Positions 45,902 through 57,900 of a stretch of DNA of 64,000 nucleotides are shown here, one piece after another. The stretch covers positions 16,678,001 to 16,742,000 of the forward strand of contig CM119382.1 in assembly GCA_051294905.1 (NCBI GenBank), given 5' to 3'. The notes under the pieces are model-generated. The model was not told where the DNA came from, did no database searches, and saw nothing but the letters and a program-made list of their open reading frames with translations. Positions within the stretch are counted from its first letter, which is position 1; each line of letters opens with the position of its first letter. Origin of the DNA: Botryllus schlosseri (Eukaryota). The translations under genes and the position numbers were made by a program.

Positions 45902-48900
45902 GTGAGTGTCAGACGTGGGGTAATCGCGATTAGTAATCGTAATCGATTACGACGATTACAGCATTTTCAAGTAATCGCAATCGATTACATTCGAAAAAAT
46001 TCCGAAGTAATCGTAATCGACTACTTCCCATATCTAATCGATTTCTTTGTGAAAGAACGATTACTTTTTATCTGTACAAGGACTATGACATAAACTGAAC
46101 ATTCGTGAACAAGGAGAAGATGTTATACCAGGTTCGTGACAGCACAAACGCCTGATTTTTAAACGCCACTGCTCATTATTACGTCAGAAGCAGCCTATAG
46201 CTTTGCGGTTGCCAGTAAACTCGCCCCAAAGTAAATTCGGCCCAGGCAAATTCGGCCATTACATCAGTAAATTCGGCCCACCGAGAATATTGTATTATAA
46301 TGTATTACCAACCGTTAACATGAATTAATTACATAATTATACTATTATTAAGTGATTTGGATGTCAGGGTATGCGATATGCGTAGATCGCGTAATCACGG
46401 GAGATAGCGCGGATATTCACGGGGACCGAATTTACCGACGGCCGAATTCACCGGTCAATTCACTGGTTACCCGGTCAATTCTGCCCTCGGAGAATTTTTT
46501 ATAAAAATGTATTACCAACTATTAATGTGAATTAATTTCATAATTATATTATTATCAAGTGATTTGGAGAACAGGGTATGCGTATAAATATATATATGTA
46601 TATATATATGCCGATGTTTACGGGGCCGAATTTACTGACAGCCGAATTCAATCGGTATATTCGGCCCTCAGAGAACATTGTGTGAAATTGTATTACGAAC
46701 TAATAATGTGTATTATATTACATAATTATAATATTATCAAGTGATTTGGAGGTTAGGGGTTAGGTTTAGGGGCAAGATTAGCGTTAGGGTTAGGATTAGG
46801 GTTAGGTTAGGGTTAAGATTAAGGTTAGGTTAGGTTAGGATTAGGGTTAGGTTAGGTTAGGATTAGGATTAGGATTAGGGTTAGGTTAGGATTAGGGTTA
46901 GGGTTAGGTTAGGATTAGGGTTAGGTTAGGATTAGGGTTAGGTTAGGATTAGGGTTAGGGTTAGGTTAGGGTTACGTTAGGATTAGGGTTAGGTTAGGTT
47001 AGGTTAGGATTAGGGTTAGGGTTAGGTTAGGGTTACGTTAGGATTAGGGTTAGGTTAGGTTAGGTTAGGATTAGGGTTAGGTTAGGATTAGGGTTAGGTT
47101 AGGATTAGGGTTAGGTTAGGATTAGGGTTAGGTTAGGATTAGGGTTAGGTTAGGATTAGGGTTAGGTTAGGATTAGGGTTAGGTTAGGATTAGGGTTAGG
47201 GTTCCGGTTAGATAATGGTATTGTAACTGTTGTTGTTACTCTGGCCCTGGCCGAATTTACCGAGGGCCGAATTCACCGAGGGCCGAATTCACCGACGGCC
47301 AAAGTGACCGAGGGCCGAATTCGACGGGCCGAATTTACTTTGGGGCGAGTTTACTGGCAACCAGCTTTGCGCGTCATTGTGTAAGAAGTATCCACAGTAA
47401 ATAGATATTCGATGTACCTACGTCGTCCATTAGTCTGATTGTAAGAACACCCGCCGTGCTGTATATCAGGTTATCAACGCGTTCCACACGCCACTACCTC
47501 GCAGCAGTATAATTTATCTCCGCTCTGCCCATAGTTTAAAATAGTAACTTATGTGTTGATGTTTGGTTATGCTTATGCTTAGTTAAACGCAGTTTGACCG
47601 TTGCGGCTTGGCGGGCAGTAGGCCTATCCAGTATACGTACGTACCCGTACACCGGACAAAGATTTGAAATTTTGTACTCGTCAAATAAAACATTGCGGTT
47701 TCCACAACGAAGCACTAAAAATCAACAGCTGGTGATATATATATATCATAAGCGAGCCGTTTTGCCATTTCTCTACGCACTACGCACCAAGATATATAAC
47801 GATTTAGCACTTATTACATACGACTCCAAGAAGTGTGCCAGAACGATCGGCAGCGCGAAAAGCTTGGCCGAAACGGACTGCCCTTACGCAGACCGAAAAC
47901 TTCGTTATATATACAAAATAATAGGTTTAATTGTCCATAGGCGCCTAAATGACTGGCGCCGTATGTTCCTGTCTTGGCAATCTGAACCTCAGAAGACAAA
48001 TACCATCCAGCAGGAAAAAAATATATGCCAGTGAAGAAATACCAATTTGAAATCGTGTGCGTCTTTTAGTTCAGTCAGTACGTTTGAGCGATTCTATATT
48101 TTTGATATAGCAGACAGGAGGTCACGAAATAAAATCATGTAACGAAGTCATACCAACGGGTCCGCCCGCCCGAAGATGTTTAATTATTATTTACGGGCCC
48201 TACAGTTTCCGGTAAATTTGATAACGTGAGCAAAGAGGACAAGATATTGATAGCAATATATATGCAATTCCCGATCTTATTGGCCGATTGTATCATGAAT
48301 TATCGAAAATTTTTGCGCTTCGAGCTGGCTCACTAAACAGTGCAGCTAATTTCATGGCAAAAGCGAACACTGTGATGAGGGGTCGGTTTATCACCACATG
48401 AGAACCCAAAACCCAAGTTTTTGTGGGGGGGGGGGCGGGGCTGACGAAGTGCTGTTTCGTTCCTGCCAACGGGTTTACGCCCGAAGATGTCTAATTATTA
48501 TTGGGCGGTCCTACGTTTTAAAACAGACCTCGCTCAGCTCTACCGGTAAATCTGATTACGTGAGCAGAGAGTGGATCAAAATTGATAGCAATATATATGT
48601 AATTCCCGATCATATCGCCCGATTCAATCATGATTTACTGAAATTTTTCGCGCCTCGCGCGTCTTGGCGGGAAAAGCTGTCTCACTAAACCAGGGGTTCT
48701 CAGCCGTTTTTTGCCCGTGGCCCATTTTCCGGTTTGAAAATGTTCTGTGGCCCACTTCTCATCCTTGAGTCATAGTCCCCCCTCAAGGAGTGGTCATTGC
48801 TGGGGCGATATGCCTATTCCTCTAAAATCTGCGCGTTTTTCTCTTACTGATCATTACAAATGTAGACCTTCAAAGTAATGGAATCGGGCCAAACGCGACT

Positions 48901-51900
48901 AAAATTTTCTAGTTCAATAAATCTCCTCCAACAAACAATCGACCAAAGAAATTTGGGCCCCTTTGTGCTCCCCCCAATTTAGGGTTTTAGGTGCGGCAGT
49001 TACGGTCATGGTAGATTGTATAACCCTTGTGTACATTAATATGGCCGCTGTTCCACTCAAGCCGCGAAACCCAATAATCTAATCCCCGCATGTACTGTGT
49101 GATTATGGCTTTACTTCCACTATGGTACGGATTGGGGCTGGGCCAGCTTCAAACAATTCTTTGGTGAAAGGGATACTGCACAGATGTGGAGAAATAATAT
49201 TTCAATGTTCAATCTGTACAATGAACATATAGTATGTCCTGTATCCACTGAAGTTGCGATGTCAGAACATTCAATCCAATAATCAATTCATGTGACTCTT
49301 ACATTATGTACAATGATTTCAAGGCCAGAAATTTTAAACAGACTACAAACAATAATGCACGTACTGCTCTAAATCCTCAATACATTACGATTCATTGCGG
49401 TGGTGCCGTATACTTCGACAGGAAGTAAAATTGATAATAAATTGCCTTTATGGCTATTTTTATATCACAATAATACGACCTGCCAAGGTACCGTAAATCT
49501 AACTCAAATATACGTGTGTCCGGGCTTAATGCACACCCCTTTCAACGGGATACGACCCTGCTGGAAAAATTGGTCACTTCAGCACTAACTTCAAGTTAAT
49601 ATATAATTGAAATTATTTTCGTTGCCATTAGCCGTAGGTTGTCGTAGCCGGGGGATAAAAGCCTCCGACCCCCCTCCCATTTTCGACTTGTAGATTGTGA
49701 CTCCATACGTGCCATTATGTTCCATCAGAGCCGGATGAAAAACATGAGGTAGCCTACGTATAATTTGATAATATGAATATATTTTTGAGCGAATAACATA
49801 ACAAATATACCCAAATTTTCACTAGTTCTACAATATTCCAAATAGCTCTGTGGCCCACCTCAAATGCTTCTGTGGCCCACCAGTGGGCCATGGCCCACCC
49901 TTTGAGAACCCCTGCACTAAACGGACACAAAATGGAGATGTCAAATAGCGTGAAAAAGCGGATAGCCAAAGGGGGGTCTGGGGGCCGAAGCCCCCAAGAA
50001 GTTGGGTTTATCACCCCATGGGGGGCCAGGGCCAACGTTTTGGGGGGGGCTGACGAAGTGCTGTTACGGCCCTGGATAAGAGCACTTCCTTAGATGCAGT
50101 GAATATGTCTGCTGGACAAATGGCTATGGAGGTAGAATAAAATACATGGGCATAAAGTCTCAGCAGTTATTGAACCTGAGAAGGTTGACATGAATCTTTC
50201 TTCAACTATTTCCTATAATCTGGGTACAAAATCGAAAACAGAAATTAATAAATTCCCCTTCTTCCCATGTTTATTTGTAAATTCAATGAAGCAGAGAACA
50301 TAATTAGTTAAGAACATTACAAAGTCAATGGTAAAGAAACAATGTTGATAAGAATCAGTATCTTTAGGGGATGTTTCTGAGTTGGTTGCACCGTTATACA
50401 GAGGTGGTCAGCAACGAAGTTACTCTACTACTGTACCAGAGTACTCAAGTGATTATGTGCCCACTTCTACTTGAAACTTTTTATGCACTGCCTTCTTTAC
50501 AGACATTGAATTTTGTAAACTAGAAAGTAGTTTTACCGCATGACCTGCACGAGGTTGTCATACCAACTGGGCAAAATAGCCCCAGTACCACGGTAACTAA
50601 ATTAATTTTTGAAAATTGTACTTGTAGTGTCACTGCCCTTTGGCGTTCATCAAGAAGATGCACTGTGCAATGTTAAAAGTTGTCACCTGGCATAAATTTC
50701 TAAACATATGCGACCCGTGCGACCAAATCTACTTCATGTAACGAACTTCTTGACTACTTTTCAGGCATTCATGTCTACATCCACTTGATATACTTTTGAC
50801 ATGTCTTGGGAGTCATTAGTTCTACTGGTACTGGAGTAGAAATTACTCGGTTACCAACGGTGACTACTTCAACCGCATCTGGGTATAGGATGGCCAATCT
50901 TATCATTGCGGTTAAGTTGCTCTAAGATTTTTTTTTGATAGCTACATCCCTGAGTAGCGCACACCTTGTCATCAACTGTTCATCAAAATTATTTCTGATT
51001 TTTCAAATCCACTTCAATCGCAGTTGTGAATTAGTCATCATAGTGTGGCAACCCGAAGTTACCAGAATGTTCGGTATTTGCCGTTTGGAATATATACAAT
51101 GGAAAATAGGAAGGTGTCAAAACGACTTGGAGTAGTCTTCGAAATCAGACACCCACCTGGCCTAGGCGATGTAAAAAAGAAGGCATGCACACATAGTGAA
51201 AAGTAAAAGAAATAGTATAAAAGGACAGCAGGCGACAAAAAGAGGTGGCCTGTGTCGGAAGGCGAGATCGATATGTCAGGTCGTGGTCCGGTAAACTAGA
51301 GGGCTGACTAGTATTGTTTCAGTAGAAATTGTTTGTATTTCGGCTTGAATGTGGACATGCTCGATGACTGTCGGATAGCCGGCGAGATACTGTTCCACAC
51401 TGCACGTCCGGCGTATTTGATGGAGCGATCGTACTTCTAGTTTTTACTGTTGCTAGCTGTCTATATAGTAATATGGGTACCCCTCCCCCCCAAAAAGCAT
51501 TTGGGCGTCGTCCATTATCGCGTCACGACACACCAAGACGTTGACAATAATGTTTCGGCTAACATGCGTATTTGCGAAGTGCGCTGCCAAAAATCTCGGT
51601 GGCGAGGAAACCTTGGCCTAATAGAACCGCCTCATGTTGGCCGAAACCAATATAGATGTCGATTTTTTCCTCGTTCATAGGCGCCTAAATGGATGGTGCA
51701 TAATAACCTTGTCCTGGCAATCTGAGCCCCACCTTACAAATGCCACCCGTATAGAGAAAAATCTTTTGACTATATAGCAGACTAGGGGTCACAAAATAAC
51801 AACACACAGTAATGGATAACAGCGGGCCCGCCCGCAGATGTATAAGTATTAATGTATTAATTACGGGCCTTAGATTTTCAAAGATTCCAAGGCCGTCAGT

Positions 51901-54900
51901 ACCAACGGTGAATCTGAGCAAGGGGGCTAGTAGGCTAGTTAAAAATTCGACAGTAATATGTGCATTGTGCAATTACAATTTCGTTGATCGAATTCAACCA
52001 CCTGCTTGTTTTTAGCGCTACGCGCGATTTAAACAACAATAGAACACTAACCACCGATAACAAGAACTTGATCATAGTGATAACGTAAGACACAAAGGGG
52101 GGTCTGGAGGAGAAGCCATCCAAAATATTGGTCTATCACCCTATGGGGGCCCAAGGCCAGTGTTTTTTGGGGAGCTGACGAAGTGCTGTTACGGTCCTGA
52201 GTATAGTAGTAATATGATTGATAGCACCACTGCCATGATGTATGGCTGGTAATCAACAGATACGACAACCTCGTGGGTGATATAATCACCACGCAGCTTC
52301 GATTGGAACAGTATCGCAATTATTGATGTTTGATGTCGGGATAAATGTTTATGCTTAATTAAAAGCAATTTGAACGCTGTTGCTAGGCGAGAGGTATATG
52401 TACTGTAGGTAGAGTACACCGGACAAAGATTTGAAAGTATATACTCGCCAAATAATACATGACGATTTCCAAATCAAGTCACTGGAACTCAAAGGTTGCT
52501 GATGCATATCATTAATCGAGCTGTTTTTCAACATTATTAGTACCGGGGGCTCGCAATATTCATGTTGAATGTATAGGTAGGCTATCATAGATTTATGTAT
52601 TCGTTCAACTACGAGAAGCGTTATTCGTTATAATTAAGCGATGTAATGAAGAATGACAGACAGCACTCGCCATATAACGATGATGATTATTCAGATGTGA
52701 AATCCGGCCGTGTTCATTGCACGAGAGCCCGGCCCTACCCGATACGTTTGAGCCCCAACCCTAAGGTTGATATTGCAGCTTGAAGAGAACTCGATTTGTT
52801 GGCGGTTTATCTTGGCTCCTCCTCGCCATCTGATCCACATATGCCAGTGGTTCTCAAACTGAGGGGCGCGAAGCTGCGGTCAACTAAAATTTTTTTTCGC
52901 GTTTCACGCGATTTACCACCAGTTCATAGGTATTGAGAGAGAGAGAGTCTTTATTTTCATCAAACCAAAATACATAAAATAACACACGGCAGTGGTGGTG
53001 GTGGTCCAGAAAATATGCATGCACAGTATTCGGTATAAGATAGGAATGATCGATAAGACCGTGAAGGTCATCTAGTCTGATCACACCAGCATCAAACAGG
53101 TACACTTGACTCTAAACCAGCGGTTCTCAACCGGGGGTCCGCGGACCCCTAGGGGTCCGCGAAGCAATTTCAGGGGGTCCGCGAGACCTCTAAATTTTTT
53201 AAATAGTTGAAAACCTAATTCTTATTTTATTTAATACTTTGAGAAAGCATGTGGCAGTTTCGCACCACAACTGCGAAAACCTCATTACTCCTATCATCAT
53301 AATAATCGTCTGACATGAACTATCGTAGTGTAGAGATTCATTTTCATTGCCAATTTTCCAATAACCGTCTGATACGAACATATTGCTGTTTAGAGACGTT
53401 TTGTTGGGGTTTGAGGAAAAAATAAAAATATGGAGATAGTAACGTCAATCAGGGTGACTTCGTCATGTCTGCGAAACCTTCTCTATTTGAAGTTGTCAAT
53501 CTCATCAAATTAGTAAACAGTCGTTTGAAATAAAAATTTCCGAAGTATCTCCTTAATTTGTCCCAATGCAGGGATTGAAACCTCTCCACGAAATCCATTT
53601 TATCCCGTGATATACATAATTGAACAGCTTCTTGGAGGTACAGAACTTCAATATACAATTGAATAGTATATTCATCTTTGAAATGAACCCGAAAATCTTC
53701 GGCTGGCACTCGTCATAAATCGGACAATGATATTATTGATATACCTGCTCTAAAAGCTCAGCTATCAGATTTGACGCATTCTTATTGCGGATGCGGATGC
53801 CCTATCGACAAGGTTGATTTTTTATGAACAAGGAGTGTTTCTTTGCTAGCAAGCATTACGCTCCGACCCTGAAATTCATATCACCAGTAATATTGGCATG
53901 CAGCCTTGTCTTGTTAATGTTCAATTGTTCATGGTCGAAAATGTTTTCTCCTAAATATATATGTAAACCCGAACAGAACAAGTCGTTTCATGACAGTCTT
54001 TGTCAGGTTGGAAAACTTGGATCCATTCTTTGGCGCATAAAATTTGTTTATACTTTTAGATTAGGGTTTCACTTTGACGGTAGAAACTCTCCGCGCGCCG
54101 ATAAAAATGCCGTCGCGGGCCGAATCCGGCCCGCGGTCCGTATGTGGCCTGTCCCTGCGCTAGATGCTGGACGTGATATGTTCATAAAATATATGTTTCT
54201 TCGTTTTGGTGCCCTAAATGTTGCGATCACACCAAAAGTATTGTCGGAAGCGTTATGCGTTAATCTTGGATTAGCATCCATCTATCTTTGCGGAAATGGT
54301 TTTCGGCACTCCTCGTTCATATCAAAACGAAGACGCAGATTTTCAAGACACGACCACGTACTTTAAGAAATACAGCAGCAAAATTAGCTTTGGAATAATA
54401 AAGGTCTACTAATTTCTACATAAATGGTATGATGTAATTTTCAAGAAAAATCATAATTTTGCTGTTTATCACAAGCCTACAGTTCATATTTGTACAAGGC
54501 AGATGAAGGTTGCACCATAATAGAGCTAAAATTGAACTAAAACTTGAGGGGGGTCCGCGAGGGTCCGTGACAGTCAAAAGGGGTCCGCGAAGCCAAAAAG
54601 GTTGAGAACCACTGCTCTAAACAGTCGGGCTGTAAAAAATGTTACACTAGTTAAAAAAAAAAAATAGAAGAAAAATTAAACGATGGTAGCAAATGATCAA
54701 TGAAGCTATTGGAAAAATATTTGTGAATGACTTTTGATACTTCGAAGCGATATAGGTCGTCAACTTGCAAAATTCGGTGCTTACGGTAGTAAGGCGATAG
54801 TTTGGTACGTAAAGGTATTGCTCTGTGTATTGTCCGAATTTCATATTTGAGAATTATCTCATCAACATTCATAACCTTCCATGCCATCAAACTATCCGTT

Positions 54901-57900
54901 AGGATTGGTAGCATTCTGGTTGCAGTTTGTGATATGACGATAAAGAGAGGCGCTAATTTTTCACTATCCTAGAGGGGGGCGTGTCTATAAAAGTTTGAGA
55001 ACCACTGGCCTAGGCGGTGTCTTAATGGAAGCCTGTATAGAAGTGGGCCGTGCCACAAGTTGGCAGGTACGGAATAAAAAATGAAGAATATCGGCGTGGT
55101 GTATAAATGACCACAGTAGTCGACAAACGCCATGGATGCTACCAACGAGCTCGAGTTTAAATATGGAGACTAGTACAAATTTTATATCGACTTTGCCAAA
55201 GTTGAAAACAGACTGAATCCGAAACCTGCTTTTACTTTGCCAAGGTCGAAAACAGACTGAATCCGAAACCTGATTTTATTACTTCGCCTATACGTGTCTT
55301 CACTCAGATATTATCAGTATAGGGTGCACCCTAGTCGGTTAGTTGCTAAAACGCCTGGAAAATTCATTGTTTATCAATCAAAACCACCAATGATCTCAAC
55401 CACGGATCTCGTTTCAATTTAGCCGATGCCCAACCGCAAGTCTACTCCTCTTCTGAAATGCGGCCATTGCAAATTCGCTCGATATTGCAACAGGGACTGC
55501 CAGAAGTCGGCCTGGGAGGCGCACAAACCAGAGTGCGCTGCGATCAAGAGGGTGTTCCCCAATGTAGCTACCGACCAGACTCGCCTGGCAGCTAGACTGT
55601 TCTGGAAGAAAAATCGCAATCAAAAGAATAACACTGCCGAAGATCTGCCGATTTCAGTTGAGGTACAATATAGATTAGGGTTACCATATTTTTGTGAAGC
55701 CAATTCCGGACACTATTTAGCGCCCACCAGCGGATTTTAAAATGAGTCAGGAGAAATTGACCGTCATTATGACGTCACACTGAGAAAGCTTTACCTATCG
55801 ACCATAGTCTTGGGCTACCATATTTTTGTGGTCCAATTTCCGCACACTCTTTGGCGCCTACTAGCGGGTTTTATAATGAGATATGAACACATTGTCAGTC
55901 AATATGATGTCACACCAGCAAATGGAGCAGGAATGGAGTGGAACATAAGTCTTGAATTGGGCCATCTAGAATGTGAGCTCTGGTCATTGCTACTTAGTGG
56001 GGTCTGCAATAGATTTCTTCAGGGCTGGATGAAATCGTCTGTCGGGGCCGTGTCGGGCCTGTTGGGATTGTGTTTGACAGGCCTGCTATAGGCATACTGT
56101 TAGGTCGGTGCGGGTGCGGCTATCTGGTGTTGTGTCCGAAACAACTTTTTGCAGCCCCCTTCCGCCCAAAAAAATCACTGATCTTGAGCCCACCATAGGG
56201 TAATCGATGTAGCTTCTTGGGCACTTACTATGCATCTGGTTGTCAAATTTTAAGAATGAATTCTGTCAATAATATTTAGTCTTCCGTATATTAGGCTACT
56301 ATAAAATGCACCAGCAGATTGCACATCCGGTGATTTCCAACCTTTTATGGTCGCCCCCTCATTTCCAACTTGAAAATGCTCCGTAGTGGCCCAGCTCACA
56401 ATTCGATAAGCTGGTTACTAAAAAAATTCAGCTTGTCCATATGCTTACTCACGGCCTATTTTAAAAGCTGATTACGTCCAAAATCTTCACGATACCCAGA
56501 TAAAGGCAAACGACCCCAAGATTTGGAACCACTGTCTGTGGCTGAGGCACCCAATCGGTCTTAACTATAACTCTCGGAATATACCGTTAGCTTATAATTG
56601 CGATTACAATTAGACTTATTACAGTAAATGATGGAGATTTATATTTATTTTTGATTGCATTTTTTGCAAGGGCGGTGCCCGGTCCCCATAATAACATCAA
56701 TATACGTTGCATTCACTCGCGCGCAGCGTGAAGAAAAAATTCGAATAGCATAAATCTGCTTCAAAATAATATTGTTTATGTCGATTTACGAAAAACTTTT
56801 GAGCCTACTTCAAGCCTTCAAATTCCGGACATTTAGGCATATTTTAGAAATTCCTCCCGGACGCAGTTTTTACAGTGAAATTGCGGACATGTCCGGGAAA
56901 TTCCGGGCGTATGGCAACCCTAATATAGATAGGGTTGCATTTAAAACAAATGGTTGTTTAAAACACTTTTTTTAAAACATGTTTTAAGCAGTGTATTAAA
57001 CAAGGGCCTTTTTTTTTAAATGTGTTTTTTAACGTTGTAAAATTATGCCATAATTGTATAAATAATTTCCAATAAACATGTTGTATAAGCAATGCATTGG
57101 GCATACGGCAGTGTTCGGATCAAGTCACTACCTTCGAGTCACGAGTCATTTCGAGTCATTGCACATTTTGACTCGAGTCAAGTCAAGTCAATCGATTTTC
57201 AAAGGTGACTCGAGTCAAGTTAAGTCACTCGATTTTTGGAGGTGACTCGAGTCAAGTCGAGTCAAGTCAAGTCACGAGTCAAGTCACAATTCAAGTCAAG
57301 TTGCCTTTTCGAAGTATGAGGCATGATAACGTCATTGCATTTTGCTAGCTGTCTAAAATACAGATTGAGTGGTCATTGATTTTGAACCGATGAACGAATA
57401 TAGAGGTAAATATACACGTAAGAAAGCGCTCTATTACTCACCAGTGTTGGGATCAAGTCACTACCTTCGAGTCACGAGTCATTTCAAGTCATTGCACATT
57501 TTGACTCGAGTCAAGTCAAGTCAATCGATTTTCACAGGTGACTCGAGTCAAGTCAAGTCACTCGATTTTTGGAGGTGACTCGGGTCAAGTCGAGTCAAGT
57601 CAAGTCACGAGTCAAGTCACATTTCAAGTCAGGTTGCCTTTTCGATGTAGCCTTGAATGAGGCATGATTACGTCATTGCAATTTGCTAGGTGTCTGAAAT
57701 ACAGTTTGAGTGGTCATTGATGATGAACGAATAAAGAGTTAAATATATACGCAAGAAGGCGCTTTATCGCTCACATATACGTAGAACTGTTACACTAGGT
57801 AATTGCATAGCCTCAGTTTATAGTAACCAGTCAAAATAGAGAATAGAGAAACGAATTGATAAGATGTAATACGTTACCCATTTACAAATAGATATGATAC

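Noticed and set aside
46751-47203. True telomere or chromosome fusion scar
   Set aside because: The array is mixed-unit, single-orientation and enclosed by TIRs with an 8-bp TSD inside an intron.
53824-54366. 180-aa ORF (and similar ORFs at 15376 and 42055) as a gene
   Set aside because: It lies inside the repeated composite hAT element and is broken differently in each copy; the transposase-like signal is on the opposite strand.
52845-55007. One large element enclosing the LINE and hAT copy 3
   Set aside because: The CAGTGGTTCTCAAAC ends match, but the flanking 8-mers (ACATATGC versus GCCTAGGC) do not, so a single insertion is unproven.
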